From NCBI GenBank assembly GCA_035248725.1, contig DATFHG010000111.1, positions 20,252-84,251 on the forward strand: a stretch of DNA of 64,000 nucleotides, in the 5' to 3' direction. The position numbers and the translations under genes were made by a program. This stretch comes from Gemmatimonadaceae bacterium. Its GTDB lineage: Bacteria > Gemmatimonadota > Gemmatimonadetes > Gemmatimonadales > Gemmatimonadaceae. The notes under the pieces were generated by a model that was not told the origin of the DNA, made no database searches, and saw only the letters and a list, made by a program, of their open reading frames with translations. Positions within the stretch are counted from its first letter, which is position 1; each line of letters opens with the position of its first letter. Below, one piece after another: positions 37,081-46,011 of the stretch.

Positions 37081-38348
37081 CCGGACCGCAGCAACCGCTC
37101 AGCGGTCTGAGCGTCGGCGAGGCAGTGACGATCGTCGCCAACGATGTGCGCCGTCTCCAGGCCGAGCAAGTCGCGTTGCGCGACGCGATCGGGCGCGTGC
37201 TTGCGACGGATGTGGTGTCGCCCCTCGCATTGCCGCCATGGGACAACGCCTCGATGGACGGCTACGCGGCGCGCGCCGACGACGTGCGCGGCGCCTCCGT
37301 CGACATGCCCCGGACGCTGACGGTCGTCGGGACCGTCGCTGCGGGTGACGCGACGTCGCGTCCTGTCGCGGCCCGTGAGGCGATGCGAATCATGACGGGC
37401 GCGCCCATTCCCGCCGGCGCGGATTCAGTCATTCGTGTGGAGGACACGGACGCCGGTTCGCATACCGTGCTCGTGCTCTCGGACCGTGACGCCTTGCACA
37501 ACGTGCGACCGCGGGGCGAAGATCTCGCGCCCGGGACGGTTGCGGTGACGGCGGGAACGGAGTTGCACGCCGCGCACATCGCCCTGCTCGCGTCCGTCGG
37601 CCACGCCCGTGTCGACGTCATCCGGCGGCCGCGCGTTGCGATCCTCGCGTCGGGTGATGAGCTGGTCGATGTCGATGACTTCGATGCAGTGCTCGCCGGC
37701 GAGCGCATCGTGTCCTCCAACAGTTATTTCCTGGACGCCGCGGTGCGCGAGGCCGGCGGGGACGTCGTGTCCCTGGGCATCGCTCGAGACGATCCCGCGG
37801 AGCTGCGCCGTCGTCTGGCCGGAGTCGACTGTGACCTGCTCATCACCACGGGCGGCGTGTCGGTGGGCACATTCGACTTCACGCGATCCGTGCTGGCCGA
37901 CCTCGGGATTCAGCAGCGCTTCTGGCGTGTGCGCATGCGGCCCGGCGCGCCGATCGGCTTCGGGCTTCTGCACGAGATTCCCTGGCTCGGACTTCCGGGG
38001 AATCCCGTGTCCTCCGCGGTCACATTCGAGCTCTTCGCGCGGCCCGCCATACGCAAGCTGCGCGGCCACACGGATCTCTTTCGCGCGCTCACCAGAGTGC
38101 GTGTGGCGGAGGCCGTCGCCATCACCGCGCCGCTGACGCATTTTCTCCGCGCCGTCGTTCGGCTCGACGGCCAGGAGCTGGTAGCGCGGCTCACCGGTCC
38201 CCAGGGATCCGGACTGGTGTCGTCGATGGCCCGCGCGAATGCATTGCTGGTCATCGATGCGTCGCAATCGCGTCTTGCGTCCGGCGAGCGTGTCGACGCC
38301 TTGCTGTTCGGGGACGCGCTACATGTGAGCGAGTCGCCCATTCGGTGA
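37077..38348 (+). CDS. moeA: Molybdopterin molybdenumtransferase
   Basis: LSVGEAVTIV...GRVLATDVVSPLALPPWDNASMDGYA...ITTGGVSVG...LPGNPVS. The start is unresolved: CTG 37077 (overlapping the dacB stop), GTG 37125, or GTG 36966 with a 115-nt overlap. Confidence 0.85.
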   Translation: MTGPQQPLSGLSVGEAVTIVANDVRRLQAEQVALRDAIGRVLATDVVSPLALPPWDNASMDGYAARADDVRGASVDMPRTLTVVGTVAAGDATSRPVAAREAMRIMTGAPIPAGADSVIRVEDTDAGSHTVLVLSDRDALHNVRPRGEDLAPGTVAVTAGTELHAAHIALLASVGHARVDVIRRPRVAILASGDELVDVDDFDAVLAGERIVSSNSYFLDAAVREAGGDVVSLGIARDDPAELRRRLAGVDCDLLITTGGVSVGTFDFTRSVLADLGIQQRFWRVRMRPGAPIGFGLLHEIPWLGLPGNPVSSAVTFELFARPAIRKLRGHTDLFRALTRVRVAEAVAITAPLTHFLRAVVRLDGQELVARLTGPQGSGLVSSMARANALLVIDASQSRLASGERVDALLFGDALHVSESPIR

Positions 38349-38458
38349 CAGACCGCACATCGTAACAACCCGTCACTTCACAACTTGGATTCCTGTCGTG
38401 ATGTACGGACAGATGTACGTTGGAGCCGGCGTCGTTGCCACTCTATCCAACAACCTTC

Positions 38459-40819
38459 ATGCGTTCTGGCGCTCGTGTGGTGGTCGCCGCATGTGTGGCG
38501 GCAGCTGCAGTCGCGTGTTCCGACCAGCCGTCGACTGGAAGCGGTCGACCCGTCCTCGCGAGCGTTCCCTTCGCCCCTGCCTTCGAGCAATCGGCGCCGG
38601 GCGGTCCCCAGATCGTTGTCGACCGGATCCGCGGCGTTCTCCGAAACACTACCGCGACGGATAGCACGGTTGCCGAAGGCGTCGTGGTCGGCGATAGCGC
38701 AATTCTCGAATTTGCGAACGTCCGGCTGACGGGAGACAGCGCGCTGTTCGCGCTCAGCGTCTCGGCGTTCGACAAGAACAACAACATCCTGTTCGCGGGC
38801 GCCCAGAGCGTCACCGTGAAAGCCGGAGCGAACCAACCGGCTGCCCCGTCACTGACCTACGCGGCCGCCGACGCTGCCGTCGCGACGCTCGCGCTGGCGC
38901 CGACACCGATCACGCTGGACTGGGCCGGCGCCAAACCGGGCGACCTTTCCTGCCTCAATCGCGTGCCATCGGAGACTGCCAAGACCGAGCAACAGGTTCT
39001 GGTGACCGGCAGGAGTTCGACGGATGCCGTGGTGCCGGACGTACGGGTCGGCTGGAGGACGCGCGACAGCACGGTCGCCTCCGTCGATTCGACCGGTCTC
39101 ATTCGCGCACGCTGCGGGAACCAGTCCACCTACGTCGTGGCGCGGACGTTCCTCGGCGTCGCGGACTCCGTGCGTGTGAGCGTCACCGCACCGCCGTTTT
39201 CGCTGTTGATGTCGCCCGAATCGACGAGCGTCTCGCGCGGCGCGGACGTGCAGATGAACGCGCAGTTCGTCGACGAGGACAACAACCCGATTCCCGGTGC
39301 GAGCGCGACGTGGACGTCGTCCGATCCCGGCCGTGCCACCGTGAGCGCGTCCGGTGTCGTGCACGGGATCGCGAACGGCCGCGTGTTGATCTCCGCGCGC
39401 TCCGGCTCCAGGCAGACGATCGGCGTCATTCAGGTCGTTCGCCCCGTCGCGCAGCGCGTGACGATCGCGGGAGCCGACTCGCTCGGGGTTGGGGGACGCC
39501 TCGCCTTGGTCGTCTCCGCCTTCGACAACACGAACACGCGCATTCCCGACGCGTCGGGCTATCACTGGTCGTCGTTGAACGGCGACATCGCCACGGTGTC
39601 GAGCTCGGGAACAGTCCTCGGAGCCGCGGCGGGCAACGCCGCGATCGTCGCCGCACTCGACGCGGTGGCCGACACCATCGTTCTGCGAGTGATCCAGGCA
39701 ACGAGCGGCGGCGTTTCGGCGCGCGTGCTCGATGCCGCCACCGGGGCACCGCTGTCGGGTGTGTTCGTCAGCTCGGCGAGCAACCCGAACAACACCGTCT
39801 CCACGGGAGCGGACGGGCGCTTCACGCTCTATAGCCTCACGCCGGACGAGGACATCACGTTCGTGAAGGACACGTACGCGGCCGCGACACAGTACAACGT
39901 CGCCGTGCGGCTGGGCGAGGTCGTTGCGCTCGCCGACGTCCCGTTGGCCATCGCGGGCGGTACCGGAACCGTGAACGGCCACGTCGTGAACGTGCTGGAC
40001 GATTCACCGCTGCCGGGTGCGACGGTGAAGCTTTTTCCGGGCATCGACCCACGCTCGGCAGATCCCGGCTCGGGGGTCACGGCGCCTGGCTCCATGGCGG
40101 AAACCACGACGGACGCGAACGGCGCCTTTTCCTTCCCCAACGTGCCATCCGGCACCTACACCGTCGCCGTGGGCGCGCCCGGATACTTTGCGGGGCATTC
40201 GACGGTGGCATCCGTCGGTGGTGCCGCGATGGATGCAGGCATCTTCCTGTCCCCGAGCTTCTCGGGCAGTGGACTGCGCGTCGTGCTCACCTGGGGCGAC
40301 TGCAACGCGGACGCGAACGTTCCCTGTGACCTCGACTCGCATCTGACGGGGCCGGCGTCGGCTCCCGACACCGGCAGATTCCACATCGCGTACTACGCCC
40401 GACACTACGTCGTGAACGGCGACACGGTCGCGCTGCTCGACAACGACGCGACGGGCGGCATCGGCCCCGAGACGGTCACGCTGCGTGGTGTGCGGAGCGG
40501 TACGTACAAGTACTACGTCCACGACTACACCGACGGCTTCGACACCACGAGCACGCGTCTCAGCGCTCTCTCGCATGCGCGGGTGCAGGTGTACTCGGGC
40601 GCCGCACTGGTCGCGACGTTCTATCCGCCGAGCAATGGCGCGGGAACGCTCTGGGCCGTGTTCGAGTACGACGGCAGCGTGCTGACGCCGGTGAATCAGA
40701 TGGTGCGGGTGGACGTGACCAATGCACCGGCGGACTTCATCCGCGCCGCCGGATCGACGTCCGCGGATCCCACGCCGCAGATCGTGCGCGATCTCCGCAG
40801 CGCGCCGAGAAAACCCTAG
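38459..40819 (+). CDS. Large secreted lipoprotein: 3x Big_2-like, 2x CarboxypepD_reg-like, C-terminal DUF2135-like domain
   Basis: Lipobox MRSGARVVVAACVAAAAVAC|S at ATG 38459. Ig-like repeats ...VASVDSTGLIRARCGNQSTYVVA..., ...ATVSASGVVHGIANGRVLISA..., ...[23 protein letters not shown].... Also GRFTLYSL and DANGAFSFPNVPSGTYTVAV. C-terminus LRVVLTWGD...DLDSHLTGP...LDNDATGGIGPETVTL...GTYKYYVHDY. Confidence 0.8.
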   Translation: MRSGARVVVAACVAAAAVACSDQPSTGSGRPVLASVPFAPAFEQSAPGGPQIVVDRIRGVLRNTTATDSTVAEGVVVGDSAILEFANVRLTGDSALFALSVSAFDKNNNILFAGAQSVTVKAGANQPAAPSLTYAAADAAVATLALAPTPITLDWAGAKPGDLSCLNRVPSETAKTEQQVLVTGRSSTDAVVPDVRVGWRTRDSTVASVDSTGLIRARCGNQSTYVVARTFLGVADSVRVSVTAPPFSLLMSPESTSVSRGADVQMNAQFVDEDNNPIPGASATWTSSDPGRATVSASGVVHGIANGRVLISARSGSRQTIGVIQVVRPVAQRVTIAGADSLGVGGRLALVVSAFDNTNTRIPDASGYHWSSLNGDIATVSSSGTVLGAAAGNAAIVAALDAVADTIVLRVIQATSGGVSARVLDAATGAPLSGVFVSSASNPNNTVSTGADGRFTLYSLTPDEDITFVKDTYAAATQYNVAVRLGEVVALADVPLAIAGGTGTVNGHVVNVLDDSPLPGATVKLFPGIDPRSADPGSGVTAPGSMAETTTDANGAFSFPNVPSGTYTVAVGAPGYFAGHSTVASVGGAAMDAGIFLSPSFSGSGLRVVLTWGDCNADANVPCDLDSHLTGPASAPDTGRFHIAYYARHYVVNGDTVALLDNDATGGIGPETVTLRGVRSGTYKYYVHDYTDGFDTTSTRLSALSHARVQVYSGAALVATFYPPSNGAGTLWAVFEYDGSVLTPVNQMVRVDVTNAPADFIRAAGSTSADPTPQIVRDLRSAPRKP

Positions 40820-42885
40820 GCCAACTGCTGCGCGACGACCTCCGCGATGTCGAGCACCTGCACGCTCGCATCGCGGGACCTGGCGCCGTCGTTCATCATC
40901 GTCATGCAGAACGGACAGGCGACGGCGATGGTGTCCGCTCCGGTGGCCAGCAACTCGTCCACGCGCTCGGCGTTGATGCGCTTGCCGACGCGCTCTTCCA
41001 TGAACATGCGCCCGCCGCCGGCGCCGCAGCACAAGCCGCGGTCGCGATGGCGTGGCGGCTCCACGAGGGTCACGACGGGCAACGCGCGTCGCAGCGCTTC
41101 GCGTGGCGCGTCGTAGATGTCGTTGTAGCGACCGAGATAGCAGGAGTCGTGATACGCCACCGTGAGGCGCTTCCCTTCTTCACTCACCAGCGGCGCGCGT
41201 CCTTCCTGAAGCAAGCGCTCGATGTACGTGGAGTGATGGATGACCTCGTAACGGCCCCCGAGCTGCGGGAACTCGTTGCCCAGTTGATGGAAACAGTGCG
41301 GGCAGCTGGTCACGATCGTGAGCACCTGGTACCGGTTCAGCGTCTGGATCGTGTCCTTTGCCAGCATCTGGTACAGGTACTCGTTGCCGAGCCGGCGCGC
41401 GGGATCGCCGTGGCAATGCTCCTCCTGACCGAGGATCGCGAAGCGGATGCCGCATGCCTGCATGATGCGCGCGAATGCGACGGTGATCTTCTTGGCGCGA
41501 TCGTCGAACGACCCCATGCAACCGACCCAGAACAGCACGTCCGGCCGCTCGCCGCGCGCGTCCAGCTCCGCCATGGTCGGAATGCTCATGCCCTGCGCCC
41601 ACTGCGCGCGGTCCGCGCGATTGAACGCCCACGGCGAACCGTTGCGCTCCAGTGACTCGAACGTCGGCTGCACCTCGGCGGGAAAGCGGGATTCGCTGAG
41701 CACGAGGTAGCGCCGCATCTCGTTGATCACGTCGAGCTGATCGATCGAGACCGGGCACTCCTGCACGCACGCGCGACAGCTCGTACACGCCCACAGCTCG
41801 TCTTCCGAGATGTAGTTGTCGAGCAGGCGGTTCTCGAGCACCTGCGCCGGCGTCTTCGTTCCGGCGTCGGCCCCTTCGCCGTGCACGAACATGGGCCGAA
41901 GGAACTCCATGCGGTCGTCGCGCACCAGCGGTCCCTTCTCCATGAGACGCTGCCGGGTATTGACGATGATCTTGCGCGGGCTGAGGGGCTTGCCGGTGAT
42001 GTTGGCCGGGCACGCCGCGGTGCAGCGGCCGCATTCCGTGCACGAATATCCGTCGAGCAGGTTCTTCCAAGTGAGATCGTCGACGTCCGAGGCGCCGAAT
42101 TGCTCGACGTCCGCCTCGAGGTCCATGGGACGCATGACCGCGCGCTCGCCTTTCCAACTCGTGTTCGAGAAGAAAACGTTGAACAGCGACGATGCGACGT
42201 GCAGGTGCTTGGAATACGGCAGATAGTTGAGGAACGTCAGCACCAGCAGTGCGTGCGCCCACCACGTGATCCGGTAGCCGACCCAGGCAGACTCCGGATT
42301 CACGCGTGCGAGAGCGGCACCGAGTGCGCTCGATGCAAAGCGCGTGTCGGTCAACGCGCCCGGGCGCGCGACGGCCAGGAATCCACCACTCAGGAGCAGC
42401 GTCACCATCAGCATGCCGATCATGCCGAGGATGATGTAGGCGTCGAGATGCTCGACGTTGTCGCCCTCGAGCCTGCGGGGGTGCAAAACGAGCCGGCGAT
42501 AGTACGCGAACGCCACTGCGCCGAGAACGAATACCGCGAATGCATCCTGCGACAGCTGATAGGCGCCGTACACGCCGGCGGGCAGAAACCTGTCGTAACC
42601 GAATCCGGGAAAGATTCCCGCGACGATCAGCTCGATCGTGCCCGCGGTGAGCACGCAAAATCCCCAGAAGATCGTGGCGTGCATGGCGCCGGCGATGGGC
42701 TCGCGAAGAATCTTGGCCTGCGCGATTCCCACGCGTAGCACGTTCCACACGCGATGTGCGGGACGATCCGTGCGCGGCTCGGCGTGTCCCAGCCGCATGT
42801 AGTGCACGAGCCGCTGCACGTTGAGGGCGAAGAATCCCGCCGCCGCGGCGACGACGACGAGGAAGACGACGTTTTCGGTCGTCAA
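40816..42885 (-). CDS. Membrane-bound Fe-S oxidoreductase (cytochrome-b-like TM domain + 2x[4Fe-4S] + two CCG domains), EtfD-like
   Basis: Five or six N-terminal TM helices. CTECGRCTAACP and CTSCRACVQECP ferredoxin motifs. CCG motifs WVGCMGSF...CPHC and ...GLCCGAGGG. TTG 42885 overlaps the etfA stop (TTGA). Confidence 0.85.
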   Translation of the reverse strand: MTTENVVFLVVVAAAAGFFALNVQRLVHYMRLGHAEPRTDRPAHRVWNVLRVGIAQAKILREPIAGAMHATIFWGFCVLTAGTIELIVAGIFPGFGYDRFLPAGVYGAYQLSQDAFAVFVLGAVAFAYYRRLVLHPRRLEGDNVEHLDAYIILGMIGMLMVTLLLSGGFLAVARPGALTDTRFASSALGAALARVNPESAWVGYRITWWAHALLVLTFLNYLPYSKHLHVASSLFNVFFSNTSWKGERAVMRPMDLEADVEQFGASDVDDLTWKNLLDGYSCTECGRCTAACPANITGKPLSPRKIIVNTRQRLMEKGPLVRDDRMEFLRPMFVHGEGADAGTKTPAQVLENRLLDNYISEDELWACTSCRACVQECPVSIDQLDVINEMRRYLVLSESRFPAEVQPTFESLERNGSPWAFNRADRAQWAQGMSIPTMAELDARGERPDVLFWVGCMGSFDDRAKKITVAFARIMQACGIRFAILGQEEHCHGDPARRLGNEYLYQMLAKDTIQTLNRYQVLTIVTSCPHCFHQLGNEFPQLGGRYEVIHHSTYIERLLQEGRAPLVSEEGKRLTVAYHDSCYLGRYNDIYDAPREALRRALPVVTLVEPPRHRDRGLCCGAGGGRMFMEERVGKRINAERVDELLATGADTIAVACPFCMTMMNDGARSRDASVQVLDIAEVVAQQLA

Positions 42886-43871
42886 TGCGCCTTCCTGGCC
42901 TCGCGCACGGCAGTGGTCAGCGCCGGAACGACCTCGAACACGTCGCCGACAATCCCATAGTCCGCGATCTTGAAGATCGGGGCGTCAGGATCCTTGTTGA
43001 TCGCGACGATCGTCTTTGACGTCCGCATGCCCGCGAGATGCTGGATGGCGCCGGAGATGCCGACAGCGACGTACAATTGCGGGCTGACCTGGCGTCCCGT
43101 CTGGCCGATCTGATCGGAGTGCGGGCGCCAGCCTTCGTCCGTCACCGCGCGCGTCGCACCGACGGCCGCGTTGCCGAATGCGGCGGCGAGATCTTCGACG
43201 AGCTTGAAGTTCTCCGGTCCGCGCAGGCCACGTCCGCCGCTGACGATCACCGACGCTTCGCCGAGGTCCAGTTTGCCCTTCGCGCCCTCGATGATCTCTT
43301 TGACGACGACACGCTCCGCCGCAGGATCGGCAGCGGGCTGCATCGACTCCGTTTTCGCACTCCGCGGCGCGTCCTTCGGCGAGTACGCCGACGGCCGGAT
43401 CGATATGACCGCCGGCGCTCCGGCGACGGTCAGCGTCACGATGACCTTGTTGGCGTATCCGGGATGTTTCACGACGAGCGAGTCGCCGCTGCCGCTGACC
43501 TCGATCGCGTCGGACACGATGGGCGCGTCGAGCTTGGCCGCCAGACGAGGGCCCAGGTCGCGCCCCTGCGCCGAGAACGGCAGCAGCACGGCGCGATATC
43601 CAGCGCTCGTCGCTCGAGCCGCGATGGTGGCGGCGATCGACTCGCGCGCGTAGCGCGCGTACGCCGGATGCTCGCACGTGATGACGACGTCGGCGCCATG
43701 CTGGCCGAGCGTGGCGGCCTTCGCGCCGACTCCCGGCGCGCCCGCGACGAGCGCGTGCACTTCGCCGCCTCCCCATGCATCCACGACCGTGCGCGCGGCG
43801 GTCACCGTTTCGAGCGCGACCTTGCGGAGCTCCGTGCCGCGCGATTCCGCGAAAACGAGAATGTTCGGCAT
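42882..43871 (-). CDS. etfA: Electron transfer flavoprotein subunit alpha
   Basis: MPNILVFAE... at ATG 43871, inside ORF 42882..44207. FAD-binding C-terminus [28 protein letters not shown]. Confidence 0.95.
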   Translation of the reverse strand: MPNILVFAESRGTELRKVALETVTAARTVVDAWGGGEVHALVAGAPGVGAKAATLGQHGADVVITCEHPAYARYARESIAATIAARATSAGYRAVLLPFSAQGRDLGPRLAAKLDAPIVSDAIEVSGSGDSLVVKHPGYANKVIVTLTVAGAPAVISIRPSAYSPKDAPRSAKTESMQPAADPAAERVVVKEIIEGAKGKLDLGEASVIVSGGRGLRGPENFKLVEDLAAAFGNAAVGATRAVTDEGWRPHSDQIGQTGRQVSPQLYVAVGISGAIQHLAGMRTSKTIVAINKDPDAPIFKIADYGIVGDVFEVVPALTTAVREARKAH

Positions 43872-44623
43872 CAGAGAACCTTCGCCTCGGTCTGCAGCAG
43901 CCGTACGAGCTCCGGTACCGCTGCTGCGCCCTGTCCCACGATACGCCCCGGCGGCCGATCCGGCGGCAGCTCCATCGACGTGACTGTGACACGCACAGGA
44001 CCGAGCTGGGCGGGCTTCGTTTCGAGCGGTTTCTTCTTCGCCGCCATGATCCCCTTCAGCGACGGATATCGCGGACGCGCGATGCCTTCGTCGATCGTGA
44101 CGACGGCGGGCAAGGAAAACTGCACGACCTCGCCGGCCCCTTCGAGCTCGCGACGCGCCGTTCCGCGCCCGTTCGCAATCTCCAGCGTCGACGCCGCGGT
44201 CACGCACGCCACGCCGAGGAGCTCGGCCACCGCCGTGCCGACGATACTGGCCGAGGTATCGAACGCGTACTTGCCGAAGAGAATCAGGTCGTATCCGCCG
44301 CCGTTGAGCTCCGCGGCGATCGCCTTCGCGACTGCCAGGCCATCGAACGGTGTCGTCTCGGTCTTCAGCTGCACGGCGCGATCCGCTCCCATGCTCATGG
44401 CCTTGCGCAGCGTTTCCTGGACGCTGTCCGGACCGACCGCGACGGCTACCGTTTCGCCCGGTCCTTGCTTCTCATTCATCTGCAGCGCGACTTCGACGGC
44501 ATAGCTCGCGAAGTCGTCCATATCGAATTTCAACCCCGTCTCGTCGATCGCCGAGCGACCCGCGCCTATCTTGAAGCGCGATTCGGAGTCGGGCGTTCGC
44601 TTGATGCACACGGCAATTTTCAT
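43871..44623 (-). CDS. etfB: Electron transfer flavoprotein subunit beta
   Basis: MKIAVCIKRTPDSESRFKI... at ATG 44623, inside ORF 43871..44932. Stop overlaps the etfA start (ATGA). Confidence 0.95.
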   Translation of the reverse strand: MKIAVCIKRTPDSESRFKIGAGRSAIDETGLKFDMDDFASYAVEVALQMNEKQGPGETVAVAVGPDSVQETLRKAMSMGADRAVQLKTETTPFDGLAVAKAIAAELNGGGYDLILFGKYAFDTSASIVGTAVAELLGVACVTAASTLEIANGRGTARRELEGAGEVVQFSLPAVVTIDEGIARPRYPSLKGIMAAKKKPLETKPAQLGPVRVTVTSMELPPDRPPGRIVGQGAAAVPELVRLLQTEAKVL

Positions 44624-46007
44624 GGCGAGAAAAGATAGCGTCCTGCGAACGGCATTTCTGCTCTTGTCCGTCTTCGCGCTGCGACTCGATTCGCAGATCG
44701 TGGAGACGCCGATCGCGTTCGACAGCGCGGGGAAAGTTCTGAGCATCACGCCGGCGCTCGTCGACCGATTCCACCTCGGTGCGCCGGCCTGGCCCGTGAC
44801 GGGAGCATTCGTCGAGGCTCGGCTGTACGGGGCGAGCAGCGGCGGCTCCACGCTGGTGGTGACGCGGCCCAGTGGCGCGCTCGAACGGTACGCGCTCAGC
44901 GACGAGGAGCGCGCCGCGCTCCGCACCGCCATCGATCAGGCGATGGCGACGTCAGGCGCCGTCGTGAGTGAAGTCTCTCCACAAGTCATCTCGCAGCCGG
45001 CGCGCGGGGCCTTCATCCGGAATCAGATGCTCCTGTCGGCTCTGGTCTATGGCCCCCTGCTGGCAACGCTGGCGAACGACGGGCGCACCGGCACGGCGAT
45101 CTATCTCCTCACCGTCGCGGGCAGCTACTTCGCGCTCAGCGCGCTGCCGAAGACACTCGTCGTCACGCGCGCGCAGAATCACCTGGCGACCGACGGCGGG
45201 ATACGGGGATACTTCCTCGCCAACGGCCTGCTGACGACATTTGGCGGCAGCGATCTCGACATCAAGGTCTACAACTCGATCGGCCTCCTCGGCTCGGTCG
45301 GCATGTCGGTGATCGGCTTCAATCGCGGGCGCGGCATGACGGACGCGGACGCCAATGCCACCACGAAGTTTTCGACGTTCGCGGGACTCGGCGTGCTCGG
45401 TCTCCTCGGCATGACCGGGCAGGTGGACAGCGGACACGATCGACTGGTCGCCGGCGCGATGACCGCGTCGGGGATCGCGGGATATCTCGCCGGTCCGCTG
45501 TATCCGCGCCGCGCGTCGTACACGGTCACGTCGGGAGACGTGAGCACGCTCCTGGTGGGCGCCGTGCTCGGCGTCGCCGCGGGCGTGTCGCCGTTCGTCG
45601 AATACTCCGGCAGCGAGAACGCACCCTACGCGGCGGCAACGGCCGGCGGCCTGCTCGGGATCATCATCGCCGACCGCGCGCTGGCCCGGCCATTCGACTA
45701 CGGATCGTCCGACGTCACGCAGCTGTGGCTCGGCACGGTCGCGGGCGCGCTCGTCGGGGGTGCGGTGGCGGTGTCGACGCAGCCGTCCGCCTCCGGCGCC
45801 ACGGCGCTCGTGACGGCGGGTGGTATCGCCGGCGCGATCGCGGGCCATCGCTTCGCCGACCCCCCGCGCGCGCGCGCCAGGCAATCGCGCGCGTCGGAGA
45901 CCGGAGCGCATCTTGGAACGGGACGTATGCGATTCGACCCGACGGCGCTCGCGTTCGCCGCGGTGCGCGTGCCCGGCCAGCACGCCGTCCTCTCGCTGCG
46001 CTTCTAG
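44622..46007 (+). CDS. Hypothetical glycine-rich polytopic membrane protein with signal peptide
   Basis: MARKDSVLRTAFLLLSVFALRLDSQ..., then a ~110-aa soluble N-domain, then many Gly/Ala-rich hydrophobic segments. Ends ...AVLSLRF. No family recognised. The start shares CATG with etfB. Confidence 0.6.
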   Translation: MARKDSVLRTAFLLLSVFALRLDSQIVETPIAFDSAGKVLSITPALVDRFHLGAPAWPVTGAFVEARLYGASSGGSTLVVTRPSGALERYALSDEERAALRTAIDQAMATSGAVVSEVSPQVISQPARGAFIRNQMLLSALVYGPLLATLANDGRTGTAIYLLTVAGSYFALSALPKTLVVTRAQNHLATDGGIRGYFLANGLLTTFGGSDLDIKVYNSIGLLGSVGMSVIGFNRGRGMTDADANATTKFSTFAGLGVLGLLGMTGQVDSGHDRLVAGAMTASGIAGYLAGPLYPRRASYTVTSGDVSTLLVGAVLGVAAGVSPFVEYSGSENAPYAAATAGGLLGIIIADRALARPFDYGSSDVTQLWLGTVAGALVGGAVAVSTQPSASGATALVTAGGIAGAIAGHRFADPPRARARQSRASETGAHLGTGRMRFDPTALAFAAVRVPGQHAVLSLRF

Positions 46008-46011
46008 ACGG

